Shown: one piece after another, positions 1-12,989 of the stretch
Position numbering within the stretch: the stretch's first letter is position 1
Layout: each line of letters starts with the position of its first letter
Source of the DNA: the human T2T-CHM13v2.0 reference genome, Homo sapiens
Assembly: GCF_009914755.1 (NCBI RefSeq)
Contig: NC_060929.1
Direction: 5' to 3' (one strand)
DNA: 64,000 bases
Made by a program: the position numbers and the translations under genes
The notes under the pieces: model-generated
What the model saw: the letters and a program-made list of their open reading frames with translations, nothing else
Told to the model about the DNA's origin: nothing
Database searches by the model: none

Positions 1-38
1 TCTCAGATAACTGGGAACTGTAGGCGTGTGGCACCATG
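1..38 (-). mobile_element. Degenerate Alu/FLAM fragment cut by window edge
   Basis: CTGGGAACTGTAGGCGTGTGGCACCATG resembles antisense Alu GCTGGGACTACAGGCGTGCGCCACCATG. Confidence 0.4.
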
Positions 39-44
39 AGAGAA

Positions 45-495
45 CCCACCTAAGTAATTCTAAATTTTCTAGTAGTCACATTTGAAAACTAAAAAGAAAC
101 AGATGCAATTATTTTTAATATATATTTTAAGCCAATATATTCAAAAATTGTCATTAAGACATATAGTCAATATTTTAAAATATATTCATAAAATATTTTA
201 CATTGTTTCTTCTTGTATATTTTATATTTTCAGTATATCTCAATTTAGGCAGTAAATTTGTATCAGAAATAATTTATCTGTATTTCAAATGCATAACATT
301 TACAGTTGAAAAAGTGAATTTATAGCCGCAAGTTATTCCACACATACTTACAAAGCTTTTAGCTAATTTTAAAATTAAATTAAATTTAGTTAGATTTATA
401 TTAAATTACAAAATTGAGTTTATTAGTGACACTAGCGACATTTCAAGTGCTCATGAAGCACATTTACTTCTGTATGTGTGGGTATCTACGCATAG
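45..495. mobile_element. hAT-Charlie DNA transposon fossil (MER33/MER3/Charlie5 family)
   Basis: AAATTTTCTAGTAGTCACATT...AAAAAGAAACAG, TTTACAGTTGAAAAAGT and CACTAGCGACATTTCAAGTGCTCA match recalled MER33/Charlie5 consensus blocks. Confidence 0.7.
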
Positions 496-1049
496 ATCCA
501 CTTCTCATTGGAGATCAAACTTGAACATTTGCTGGCTTCTAATTTACCAACAAAAATTCTACAAAGGGCAAAAGAGATTTTCTGTTAAATACACACAGTT
601 TAATGAAATGTTAAGATAAATAGTTTTGCCTGACTTTAAAAAAAAATTCTGGTTCTTCTCTACAAATATGTGTTGCTTATATGAAAAGTAATTATTATCC
701 CAGACTTTTTATTTTTGAGGTAATCCAAGTCACCCACCCTGTTCTTTAAGTAATCTAAAATAAGAGGTAATCCTTGAAAAATATTTTTCTATTTTTTGCT
801 GAGCTTTTACAATTTTTCAGGATAAAGCCTCTCAAGAGTGGAGAGAGAATATTGTCTAAATCAAAATATTTAAATATACTTGGGCCTTGATTTCCTAAGT
901 ACATATACTACAAATTATCTTTTTGAAGCTCAGATTTCCTAAGCTATGAGTGAAAGTTACTGGAGAAGAGGAAAGGTTTTTAACTTTGGATATGGTATTT
1001 TTTTTTAACAACAACTATTTATTCATTGTGAAAAGCACAGCTAAACATC

Positions 1050-1215
1050 AGATTTTAGAGCTGAAAGAAAATGAAAGATCATCTAAACTAAATCACGCAT
1101 TGCACAGGTAAAAACACTGAGCCCCAGAGACGCAAAGTGACTTGTCTAAGATCACATAATTTTGTCACACATCTTGGGCTGGAACTCAGGTTTTTGATTT
1201 TTCTAGTCAGTACTT
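1050..1215 (-). mobile_element. MIR SINE (MIR3/MIRc-like)
   Basis: ACTGAGCCCCAGAGACGCAAAGTGACTTGTCTAAGATCACA is the reverse-complement MIR core. Confidence 0.7.
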
Positions 1216-3329
1216 CCCCCAAGCATTATGTATTAATGGATGATCATAAATAAAAGATTGCAAAATTGGTATACTTAATTCCAAAAGGCTGGTACGTAAG
1301 GACATAGAACAATAGAAAATTTAATTCTCACTTCTGCATACCAAAACACATTCCTAAATCGTAGCAATAACTATTTTGCTCATTAGATACTTTTACTCTC
1401 TCTAATCCTGAAGAAGTGCTTAGAACCCCATATAAATGCAGACAATACAAACTAAAAACATCATAAAATTTACTATAAAACTTTTTAAAAAAGAGTAAAT
1501 ATTGCAAATGAAGTCCTCTTAAAGTGGAAGGTGAAGATCAATATATTCAATAGGGCACAAACACCCTTTGCATATAGAGGAGCTTGTTTTAACTATACAT
1601 ATGAAATGATAACAAAATGAATATATCAGTTTACTTCACCAGATACATTATATTTTACCTACAAATAGTAACCTAATTAAAAATACTGAATCATATTCTT
1701 GTTCAAAAAGTGTATAAGTTTAACACAGATGTTATCGAAGTAAAATTCAGAAATTCATTTACAAGTCAGATTTGTTAGATGCCTGTAGATTGATAATAAA
1801 TTAATTTTCCAAACATTTCAAGTTTGTAAAGAATGAATATTTCAGGCTAATCTAAACTCATGTAATTCTAAAAAGTTAATCAAAAATTACTACTTAAAAT
1901 ATTGATAATTATGGAAGCTAAATGTTGAATACATGGTAGTTCATTCATTTATTTTCTCTACTTTCATATATATATTTAACATTTTCATAATACAAAACCT
2001 AAAAAAAGATAAAAAATAAGATGCCTATTTCTCAAGTTAATGTAATTGTAATACAGTCTTTGCAGAGATGTGATTAAAAAAGAACTACCAGTAATAAAAA
2101 ATGTTCCTAAGTATTTTGTGTAATCATTATAAGTTGAGAATACCTTAAAACATTGTTGCATATAGGGATTTAAGAAAAAGCTCACAAATGGAAACACCTA
2201 GGATGGATCTATGCTTTTAATAGTAGGAGCTCCTAGACATTCCCCAGAGTGTCCACTCTGATGTTAATGTGTCTTAACCTTAACTTTTTCAGTTTTAAAT
2301 TTGTAATTCAAATTCTTGAGAACAATAGCTGACTCTTTACTTGAGTCAGCCAATGGACTAGCTTATTCTAGGTCAACTGACCATTTCTGGTCCAATCAAC
2401 TGAGGCCTGAGGAATGAGGCTGTCTATATGATGTATGTGGGACCATTCACTTCAGTGCAGTGCAGTAGATGGCATAAGTTATTTCTGAAGGGATACGGAT
2501 GGAAAGGAAATAAATATTACCTTTTCTGCATTAGTACTGCACTGTCTTCCATGTTTCTGCTGGCCTCAATGTGTCTGCTTTTTCATCAAAATTTATGATA
2601 TCCATAAATATATATTTACTTACATTAACTTATTCTTTTTATTTTAGTATTGTGCTGACATAGTATAATCTGTTTTTCTACCACTCCAACTTGTGAGTAA
2701 TAAAAGGGTCCAGAAAAGTCTGTAACAAGATGGCATTTCTAAGGCTATCCACATCCAGCTTCAGAACTTAGTTTCTTCAAATATCTCCTCATTTAATTCT
2801 TTAGGAGCTTTTAGGAGTATCCCATTTTTTTTCCTTTCGTTTTTCTTTTCCTGAAAACATACGTCTTTCACAGTAGTTTTTTTCTCTTCTTTCTGACAAT
2901 GCTTTCACAAAGATAATCAATGTCTAGGCTAGACATTTGAGAAGCCATCACATGTCTATTTTCTGTCACCACCAAGGCTTCCAAAGCATCTAGTGCCAAT
3001 ACTGCCTATGTATGGAACTTATATGGCTCCATTCAGATCTCTCAGCAATTTCAGCATTTGCTTGTTGATATTTTATTTTTATTTTGGGGGCATCTCCCCT
3101 TTGGGTTCAAACTTATGTATATGTGAACATTTAAAATACATTAACTTACTCATTCAATATTTTTTATTTTATAGTAGGTGTTTCAGTTTTTTTTCCCCTG
3201 GTTCATCATCCCTCCCTTTTTCTTTTGGCAAAGAGTTTCCAGTTTCCCAAAGGAAATTTGCAAAATTATATTTTCTGCCACTGTGGCTTGGCTTGGGGCT
3301 GACTGCCTCATTGTAATCTCAGACATTAG

Positions 3330-3670
3330 TAGATTATTCAGCCAATAGGTATATCCCATCTCCTTAACCATACTTGTTAGTTCAGTGATGAACATATGAC
3401 CCAAGTAAAGCCAATAAAAATCAGCCCTAGGACTTTCAAAGACACATTGAGAATAAAGCAGTATCTTTCCCCTGGGATTCGTGAGATGAGACAATACAAG
3501 CCTGAAATAGCTATCTTTGTCATAAAATTGGGAGAATTAAAAAAGTGAAGATGAGGAATATCAGAAAAACTTGAAGAAAAAATGTAAGTCTAGTAATGCT
3601 TTTACAGGCATGGGGAAGGAGGGATAACTCTTGTTGAGTTTGTTTATTATAAACCCAAAGTCATTTAATA
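3330..3670. mobile_element. Old MaLR LTR fragment (MLT1J/K-like)
   Basis: GTTCAGTGATGAACATATGACCCAAGTAAAGCCAAT resembles the MLT1 GGTTCAGGGATGGGCATGTGACCCAA...GCCAATCAG motif; boundaries approximate. Confidence 0.4.
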
Positions 3671-4052
3671 GTCTTGTAATTTCTTTCTTGTTTTTATTAA
3701 AATAAAAATAAAATAGAAACAAGCACACAAGCAAGAATATTGGTCTTAGGTGTTGAAAAACATGTTTATATACATTGGTAAGTTTTCATTTTATTAGTAA
3801 GTAAATTTTATTTTTTTTAATTAGTTTGATTTTTTAAATGTTATTTGCAACCCAAAGAATCCTGAATAACACAAGCACCTCTTATGTATCAGAGATATGC
3901 TAAAGACTGAGTGATGGAATGAGAGACATGCTCCTTGGCCTCGCAGAATTTATATTCTTGGGTTACTTTCATTCTATGTGACAAACATAAAATTCTGACA
4001 GATCACCTATAAACACCTATTTTTCGTTATTGTTGTTTGACAAGAACACTGT

Positions 4053-4800
4053 TGATATGGGCAGGAGATATGGAAATACTGTGTAGAAGGGGGCATTTCC
4101 CCAGCAAAGTACCCACGCCCAAGCCTGGAAACCTTTGGCCCTAAATGAGAAAAGGCATTCCAGAATGTTGCCTTTTTGCCCAGCATGCCCTGCTATCCTG
4201 TACCCATATAAGCCCCAACCCCAGGCTGCACGAGCAGATGGGCAGATGAGCAGATGAACAGAAGAGCAGAGGAGCAAGAGAGTGGTGTGGCCAAGAAGGA
4301 GAGAAGTGAGGGAACATCTGAACATCAGGAAGGGTTCAGCTGGGGAGGGTCAGAGAGGAGATTGGCCATGGGACAGCTGAACTCCAGGGGAAGGTCAACT
4401 TCCCACTCCATCTCCTTTCCAGCTCCCCACCCATGTCTCTGAGAGCCACCTCCATCACCCAATAAAATCCCTGCATTCACCATCCTTCAAGTCCATGTGT
4501 GACTTGTTATTCTTTCTGGACGCCGGACAAGAATCTGGGTACCAAGATGGCACTGAGCTGGTTAACACATAAGCCGTCTGCAGACGGCAGAGCTAAAAGA
4601 GCACTATAGCACACCAGCTGGGGCTTCAAGAGTCTCAGGAAAACACCCTTAGATGCCACTGTGGGGCCAGAGCCCAAAAGCACTCTCCCTGGCTCCTGCA
4701 CCCCTGCCCATCTGCATGCTCCCCCTCCTGTAAGGGGTTTGAGCAGCAGTGGCCCCTGTCACACATCCTGCAACTGGAGTCAGGGAACTGTTCTGTTTCA
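4053..4800 (+). mobile_element. ERV1 solo LTR, LTR1/LTR9 (HUERS-P) family
   Basis: TG...CA termini (TGATATGGGCAGGAG...GTTTCA); perfect 4-bp TSD CTGT at 4049-4052 and 4801-4804; TATA-like CATATAAG near 4205; AATAAA at 4461; GC-rich relative to flanks. Confidence 0.85.
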
Positions 4801-4834
4801 CTGTGACTTTATAAGATCTATTTGTGGAAGTTGA

Positions 4835-4925
4835 GTGAAGATTATACAATAATTCACTCTAATCTTTTCAACTTTTCTGTAAGTCTAAAATTACTTAAAA
4901 ATGAAAAGTTAAAAAATAAAATAAA
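4835..4925 (+). mobile_element. Old L1 (L1MB/ME-like) 3' end
   Basis: CTTTTCAACTTTTCTGTAAGTCTAAAATTA...AAAAGTTAAAAAATAAA is a typical L1M terminus. Confidence 0.55.
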
Positions 4926-5509
4926 ACCAAATTTAACAAAACCAACCTACAAACTTGTTTTTTGGATGTTGCATCTTAAGAGAGGATGTGTCCTTTTCTA
5001 GAAGTCTTAGTAGATAGACCACATAAAAATAAACCCTGAAAGGCTCCCTTCTATGATCTCTAACCAAGATGCAAAATTCATGATGTTTAATAGTAGTTTG
5101 TATAACACTTAATGTAGATGTTAGATAACAGTCCAGAGTCAGGGAGAGAGTTGCTGCAGATATTTAGTGACACAGTGATTTAAGAATACTGAAGGAGACT
5201 ATCAGTGATTTTTCTGGGGTTTCTTTTATATTGTTGAGATGGCTAATGTTACTCCAAGATTTATTGTCACGTGATTGAGTTCAAAGATAGAAAACAGGCA
5301 ATAGTTTTCCAACAATCATACTCTTACATCACCTTGACCAGATGTGGGTCACAATCTCATGCCTGAGATCAAAGGATCTCCATTCACTATCCAGTCAAAA
5401 TTGGGATTTGATTAGGAAGAAGGTAGGCAGTAGTTTTGGTGTAAACATTAAATGCTATACATGACTCCACCTCTTCATTGTAATGTAGACACTAAAATTT
5501 TGATGGAAT

Positions 5510-5960
5510 TGACTTTATCCTCAGTGGCCCTTGATTAGTGAAAGCCAATATGAGTTGTCCCATTCTTCTCTCCATAGTGATTAGTTCAGGAATTTAGGAC
5601 TAAGACAATTGGTAGATGGTATGACTGTGGCCACGAGTAATGTGTTTGGGATTTAATTTGGCAAAATTAAGCTGACAGCCTTTGTGAGATTTTCCAGGAG
5701 ACAGAATCTCTCTCCTCCTGAAGAATGCCTTGTGCAGTAAAAGTTCTTTGACTATTTTGTCTCAATAAGTAAGAAGGGACTTAGGATAATTCTGACCCTA
5801 CAAAAGGCTGAGTAGAGAGAAGAAAACAAGTTAGGTTCAGTGTTGATATTGTTGAGCTGCTGAATCAAACCAACAGTAAAGGCCACCAGTTAGGTGACTC
5901 AGTCAATTCCTTTTATGTTGGAGTTAATTTGTTTAGGTGCTTCTACTAATTGTTGGTCCT
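5510..5960. mobile_element. Old MaLR LTR fragment (MLT1-like)
   Basis: GTGATTAGTTCAGGAAT and TTGAGCTGCTGAATCAAACC motifs; strongly diverged. Confidence 0.35.
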
Positions 5961-6086
5961 AAATAATATTGCAGGGATTTGATTTATTGTTAATTTAAAA
6001 AAATAAAAATTATATGAAAAATAAATTTCAATTTTGAAGGAAGATTGCTCTAGCAAATCTATTGTAAAAATTTTTTAAAAGTCTAC

Positions 6087-6444
6087 TGATATAGTTTGGC
6101 TGTGTCTCCACCCAAATCTCAAATTGTAGCTCCTATAGTTCCCACATGTCATGGCGGGGACCCAGTGGGAGGTAATTGAATAGTGAGGGCTGGTCTTTCC
6201 TGAGCTGTTCTTGTGATAGTGAATATGTCTCATGAGATCTGATGGCTTTATAAAGGGGAGTTCCCCTGCACATGATCTCTCTCCTGCCTGCTGCCATATA
6301 AGACGTGATTTTGCTCCTCTTTTGCCTTCCACCATGATTGTGAGGACTCCGCAGCCATGTGGAACTGTGAATCCATTAAACCTCTTTATAAATTACCCTG
6401 TCTTGGGTATGCCTTTATTAGCAGTGTGAGAACAGGCTAATACA
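6087..6444 (+). mobile_element. THE1 (THE1B/C) MaLR solo LTR
   Basis: TGATATAGTTTGGCTGTGTC...GGCTAATACA, 358 bp; 5-bp TSD TCTAC/TCTTC with one mismatch. Confidence 0.92.
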
Positions 6445-6772
6445 TCTTCCCTTTTCATAAGAAAATTAAAAATATATTTAGCTGTAAATGATGATAAATT
6501 TTTTAGTGCCAAGTTAGACAGTCAACATCTAAGTAAAGCATTTATTTTAGGATTTTTAAAAGAGAGATGTTATATATTTCCTTGTTAGTATTTTATGCTA
6601 TTTTTAGCAATATTTTAAAAAGTTTTGTTTTACCATACACATAGTATAAGCATGTTTGTACTATGTCCAGCCAAAAATTTTGAAGTTTATTCCTCTGAAG
6701 TTTATAGATACCATAAATGTGATTCTAACATAGCACATATTGAATATGTAATTTGAACCTGCCTAATGGTAA

Positions 6773-7113
6773 TAGTCATCTGCTGCATAATGCTATTTTG
6801 ATCAACAAAGGACCACATATACAGTAGTGGTCCCATAAGATTACAATGCTATATTTCTACTGTACCTTTTTCATGTTTAGATATATTTAGATACAGAAAT
6901 ACTTATCATGGTGTTACAATTGCCTATAGTATTCAGCACAGAAACATGCTGTACAGGTTTGTAGCCTAGGAGTAACAGGCTATAACATACAGCCTCAGTG
7001 TATAGAAGGCTGTAACATCTAGGTTTGTGTACTCCTTGAGGTTCGTAAACAACAAAATCAGCTAACAAGGCATTTCTCAGATTGTATTCTCATTGTTAAG
7101 CAATGCATAATCA
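6773..7113 (+). mobile_element. Tigger3a/MER7A (TcMar) DNA transposon MITE
   Basis: GGTCCCATAAGATTA, CATGCTGTACAGGTTTGTAGCCTAGGAG and GCATTTCTCAGA blocks; degenerate terminal inverted repeats. Confidence 0.85.
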
Positions 7114-10100
7114 TATAGAAAACAATGTTATTGAAATCTGATCAACTCATGTTATTATTCCCAGTAATTCATTCACAAATCTGTTGCAGGAGGTAAGGAT
7201 ATCCCTTCTATGAGCAGCCCTTTGTTTGGAGGCCTGTAGCTTGGTCTTCTCTTTCCACCTTCACTGCTGATGCTGCAGCTGCACCTATTATCTTTGACTG
7301 CTTTGAGAGCGCCAACCTTGCTTTGCTTGGTTAGGCATAGTGGCCCAAAATCACTTCACTCCCATAGGGGGATTTCTTTGTTTGGATTGTGTAACAATTT
7401 ATATAAAGAGATTGTCTCATGATTATTCATTAATAAGGATACTTGAGCTGTTTCCAAATACATGTCCATTTGTTATATTGGCCTGTAAATACAGACCCCT
7501 TACACCCAATGCCACAGACATCCAGACAAAAACACACTTTCCTGGTTAGTTTATTAGAGCTTAAGGTACAAGTAGTAAAGTTTGGGCTTGGATAAATTCA
7601 CTCTCTGGGGTGATAAAATATGAGAAAATTCTGTTCGGCTTATTTTCCTAAAAAGCCTGAGAATCTGGAGTAGATAGTGCTTGGGTTAGCAACAATGTTG
7701 CTGACCTTCTAGCTCTGGCCTTTCACTGAGCGCTGGTCTGCTTAAGATGCCATCAGAAGGTTTAGCAGGCTTAAGTGAGGCACTTTAACATTTAGAGAAA
7801 CCAAAATATATGACCTAGAAATTTTTGTAATATGGACTTTTTTGCTAATTATTTTTATATAAACTCATATTATCATTTACAATGCTTAATTTTTCTGTAT
7901 ATAATCTTTATCTCTAACCAGGAAAAAAAATTTGTTCACAGAAACTCTTTTTGTTATCATTGTTTTCAAGTGTGTTTTACATACACAAGAGAAATTGTAT
8001 ATGGATATTGCTATATTAACAAATTTGATTGAGTTAGTGTTCTTATTTTTAATATTTTCTTAAAATGTAATGGCCAGATGTACCTGAAGACTACATGTAA
8101 TGAACTAGCACCACCCTGCTGAGTCTTAACCATCAGTACATGCCTGTGCTAGGCCAGGTTTCATTTCTAGTTTATTTCAATTAAGTGTCTGTAATGTAAT
8201 TACATGGCACAGGAAGGATCTGTTGAAGTTGTGAATTTGATTTTTAATAAGATTACTCTAAACTATAATCTGCCTTTATAACTTTGAAAATTCCTGTTAG
8301 GTAATTATCTTTCTATCAACTGTTAGGAAAATACCCATTTACACAATTACTGGGCAGGATTTCCTTTAAGGTGGGTTACAGTGGTGAGGGTATTAGAATC
8401 ACTTCTTGGTTTATTAATTGCAAACACTTTCTAAATACAACTGGCACTTTTGGGGCTAGAGGTAATTTCAAAATATCATATGTGGAGAAGTACTGTTATT
8501 TAGAGTAAAAACTCCCCATTATTTGGATTTTTAAATATTTTCTTAATTTTTCTCCTACCACCTCTATTACCCACCCATATTTTCCTTACCCTTTCCTCGA
8601 TTTTCCCAGATATCTCTTGGGAAATCAGGTTTTAGGGGCTGGCAGTTCTCAATACTTAAGTTGCTAAAGAGTACTTGGCTTTTAGTTTGGGGACGTCATT
8701 TCTCTGCAACAATCACAGGCCAGGTGACCTGTAAAGGGATTTTAGTCAGTTTCACTGTTCAACTGACAGCTTTTTGGTTTATGTTTTCGCTAACATTGAG
8801 GAGGGAGCTGTAAAAATTGGCTCCTGCAGTGGAATGTGTTGTTGAAGAGAAACTTCCGCAGTAATAATTTTATACTACTTGTAATATTCTCTATTATCTT
8901 AAATATTGAAGAATATATACAATACTTCCATTATTTTATTATATTGATTTACATGTTCTTCCCAGAAGATTTTTTTTAAAAAACAAAAACACACTTTTTC
9001 CGCCTGGCTCTGTGTGCATGTGTAAGTGTGTGTATAGATTTTTTTGGTCACAATAAAAACATGGTAGCATATTTGCAAGAATGACTAATTAAGGTCAGTT
9101 TAAGACCCCTGAATTGAATGTGTCCTTTACCCTAAATAAATACAACAAATGGGTAACTATCAGTTTGATTTTATTTTATGACAAACTTGTACTGAAATAC
9201 AAATGGAATAATTTTCATTTTAGGAATCTTTATTGCTTAGCTATATCAGATCTTGGAATAAGTCAGTTTTATTTTAACCCATTTTAGGTAAAAATTTTGT
9301 CCTATATTTTGTTAGAAAAATTACTAATTTCTATGTGTGTAGTTTCCTTAATATTATAATCTAAAACTTTAAGAATTAAATACATGAACGGGAGAAGGTG
9401 GCATTTAGATAACTGTACATACTAATATCAAATACAGTATGAGGATAAATCAAATTATGAAGATTATATAGTGTTTATTACATAGTGAGCTTACCTTATT
9501 CTTGTCTTCTTATACTTAAACATAATTTAAAGATAGAACAGAATCTAATTAAGTAAAGTATTTCTATGGTTATTGATAGCGTATTCAAAGTAGACTTTTT
9601 TGATATAAAATTTTAGGAAGCTAAAATAGGTTATATAATTGGAACAATTTTTAATTTAACTTATTTATTAAGTTCTTACCATAATGCAAATGTCTAGATA
9701 ACAAACTTAAATCTTTTGCATTACCTATTTGTCACTGTGACTTCTTTCAGCTTGAGGATTGAAATTGACCTCTAAGCACTGCCCCCGCAATAAGAACCTT
9801 GGCTGAAATCTCTGACATTGGAACTCTGCTCACTCTTTCTCTGGGACCTTTGAGACTGAAAGCTGCTGTATGATGTGAACTAGAGTCAGTTATATACCAA
9901 CCAGTTTTTTTCACCAGGGATCAAGACTGAGTAGCTTTGTAGACTTCTGAAATTAATAGCCACCTTGACAAGGGTTGTTTATCTTTTTCTCTTATTTTAA
10001 TTGATGAATGCTTATTGGATCTTTAGAGAACTGTAAGTGACTGGCTGAGGCTGGTTGGCCCATAATACAAGATTTAGCCACTGCGTTTTAGCACTTCAGT

Positions 10101-10484
10101 TTTCTTTTCCCTCTCGGCTTCTAAAATAAGAGTTGAACAATTAATACTGTCTATTTTTTAATATGTAATTTTTCATATGTAGTGCCATGTTGATTTTGTT
10201 TTTATGTAAATGAACCAATGACATACTCATTCTAAATTTATTTGTTAAATACACCGTACAAATAGAATGATTTACTTTCTGAATTTACATGGGGCTGTGC
10301 AACTAGGAGGAAAACTCTCTCTAGGTATACTGAGTTACCTTTATAAAATCTCAATCCTGCAACTAAATTTTGAAATGGCATTTACCAAGCCTTGCTGTTT
10401 AGTAATATCAATGAAAAATAGTTTATTAGGAAGAAAAATGGTTTTTGGAAAGGAATTTTAATCAGTACTTTTATATGTGTCAAG

Positions 10485-10700
10485 ATGTATTAGTTATGCA
10501 GTGACCTGGTGGCTACGAACTTTATCTTCTTTTCTAGAAGAGAGAAGGCCCCCCATCAGCCAAGGGCAATTCTGTGGAGAAGGGGTCAACTGTGAGCTGT
10601 TAGAAGCCAACACTTCTAGTGGCTGATAAACAGACTGGGAGACAGATGTGCCTGACTGGTAAATGGAGTCTGTGTGGAGCACCACAGGGTTTGCTGTTGT
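10485..10700. mobile_element. Probable old ERVL-class LTR fragment (LTR16-like)
   Basis: CAGCCAAGGGCAATTCTGTGGAGAAGGGGTCAACTGTGAGCTGTTAGAAGCCAACACT resembles a recalled ERVL LTR motif. Confidence 0.35.
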
Positions 10701-11064
10701 TGGAAAGGAGTATAAGAACTATCTCTAAAATCATAAAATGTCACATGAGATAACATTTAAAAAGTCTACATTAATACTATGAGGGGAAACTTTGAAAATT
10801 GAGTAGTTTTAAGACAAATTTAAAAATGCTGTTCTGCATAGTGATTAATCATTATCACTAACCTAGCAGCATCATAGTCGATGAATATAAAAGTTAGTTT
10901 GGGTAAGTGTATGAGTAAAGATAATCACAAATGTTTTGGTGGGAAGCTGTAATAATTCCACCATTTAAGATTATTATTTGGAAGAATGACTTTCACTTGG
11001 AGTGTCCGTTGACAATAAAGACTAAACATGATCTGGTACTACAATAAGATATGTATTATGTTTA

Positions 11065-11875
11065 TATTCATTCATGCATTCATTTGACAATTATTTATTG
11101 AAAACCTACTATGTGCCAAACACTGTGCTAAAGATACAATACTCCCCACGAAAAAAGCATACAAATACTCAGAAATAGCATACAAAATACACAAAAAAGA
11201 TACAATACTCCCCATAAAGGCATGGGGGGAGATGATTGTGATCCAGTAATCATACAAGGATAAATTCTGCGAAGGAAAAGTTTGTGAAGGTATAAGAGCA
11301 CATTTGCAGTATGAGAGGGTTAGCCTTAGGGTTTAGAGAAGAGTTCCCTGAGGAAATGATGTCTGAGCCATGGTCTGAAAGATGACAGGTTTTAACTTAA
11401 AAAAAAGGTAGAGTTTATCCCAAGAACATTAAACAGTGTATTCAGAGGACATGAGATGGAAGTGTTCTGTCAAGGAACAAAATCCAGGGTAGAAAAGGAT
11501 TTCAGAATATGGTTTTAAAGTGATAATTTATAGATATACATAAACTAGCTCATGAAGAGTCTTGTAGACCATAGTAAAGATATGGATCTTTATCCTAAAA
11601 GCAGTTGGAAATCATTGATGAGTTTTAAACAGACAAAAAGCATTAATGGATTTTCATTTTAAAATGTGTGGTTTCGGTGGGGTGGGGCAGCAGGAGTGGA
11701 AACTGGCAGGGCAGTGAGGAGGTTCTTACACTTGTACAGGTGAGAGAATATGAAAGTTTAGACAAATAGGAGGTTAATAGTAAGAATAAAGTGATGACTT
11801 ATCTGTTGGGGGTAACAGACAAAGGCAACATTGAATCTTACATTTCTGTTTGCTCTGCTGAATAGATGACTTATG
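11065..11875 (-). mobile_element. L2 LINE 3' portion
   Basis: TTCATTCATGCATTCATTTGACAATTATTTATTGAAAACCTACTATGTGCCAAACACTGTGCTA is the antisense L2 3' end, followed by a purine-rich L2 body. Confidence 0.8.
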
Positions 11876-12215
11876 CCTGATGGGAGTGTTTTTCTCTGCT
11901 TTGTCAACAGTCTTGGCTATAGCAAGGGCTAAAAGTTAGCAGAGGGGACACGGAAGTGCAGTGCTGCCTTCAAAGTCCTAGTGAAGAGATACACGGTTTT
12001 CTAACTTTTAGTAATTCTGGCACATGTCACATTTCTACACTTCTCTAACCATTTCTTTCAGGAAGCCAACAGTTTATTCTGAATCTGTGGTTCTCCCAAG
12101 CCCATTCAAAAGCATGTTGATTGGTGGCTTTAAATTACCTGTCATTCTAGCAAAGAGTCTGGCTGGATCATCAATGTGTTCTCTCAAAAGCTTTGTTTTG
12201 TTGTCTCCTTTTTCT

Positions 12216-12989
12216 TTTCTTTTTTTCCTTTTTTTTTGCATTATATAAATTTTTTCTTTATTTAAATTATACTTTAAGTTCTAGGGTACATGTGCACAAT
12301 GTGCAGGTTTGTTACGTATGTATACATGTGCCATGTTGGTGTGCTGCACCCGTTAACTCGTGAGTTACATTAGGTATATCTCCTAATGCTATCCCTCCCC
12401 CCTCCCCCCACCCCACGGCAGGCCCCGGTGTGTGATGATCCCCACCCTGTGTACAAGTGTTCTCTTTGTTCAATTCCCACCTATGAGTGAGAACATGCGG
12501 TGTTTGGTTTTCTGTCCTTGCGATAGTTTCCTCAGAATGATGGTTTCCAGCTTCATCCATGTCCCTACAAAGGACATGAACTCATCCTTTTTTATGGCTG
12601 CATAGTATTCCATGGTGTATATGTGCCACATTTTCTTAATCCAGTCTATCATTGATGGACATTTGGGTTGGATCCAAGTCTTTGCTACTGTGAATAGTGC
12701 TGCAATAAACATACGTGTGCATCTGTCTTTATAGCAGCATGATTTATAATTCTTTGGGTATATACCCAGTAATGGGATGGCAGAGAAATGCAAGTCAAAA
12801 CCACAATGAGATACCATCTCACACCAGTTAGAATGGCAATCATTCAAAAGTCAGGGAACAACAGGTGCTGGAGAGGATGTGGAGAAATAGGAACACTTTT
12901 ACACTGTTGGTGGGACTGTAAACTAGTTCAACCATTGGGGAAGACAGTGTGGCGATTCCTCAAGGATCTAGAACTAGAAATACCATTTG
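12216..12989 (-). mobile_element. 5'-truncated, 5'-inverted L1PA (L1PA4-like)
   Basis: Degenerate poly(T), antisense 3'UTR and ORF2 end at 12216-12781; sense ORF2 segment at about 12782-12989; TSD TTGTCTCCTTTTTCT at 12201-12215 and 12990-13004; ORF track gives L1 ORF2p C-terminal peptides on both strands ([13 protein letters not shown]..., KMWHIYTMEYYAAIKK...). Confidence 0.95.

Noticed and set aside
2328-2350. 8-bp inverted repeat GCTGACTC...GAGTCAGC with an AP-1/ARE-like site
   Set aside because: Short enough to occur by chance in 64 kb, and probably inside a decayed LTR
6170-6185. DUX4 site in THE1 LTRs (also near 53033 and 54958)
   Set aside because: All three deviate from the THE1 TAATTGAATCA motif (TAATTGAATAG, TAATAGGATCA, TAATTGCATCA)
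8106-8123. CTCF-like motif TCAGCAGGGTGGTGCTA on the minus strand
   Set aside because: Needs a 1-nt insertion in the core to fit the consensus
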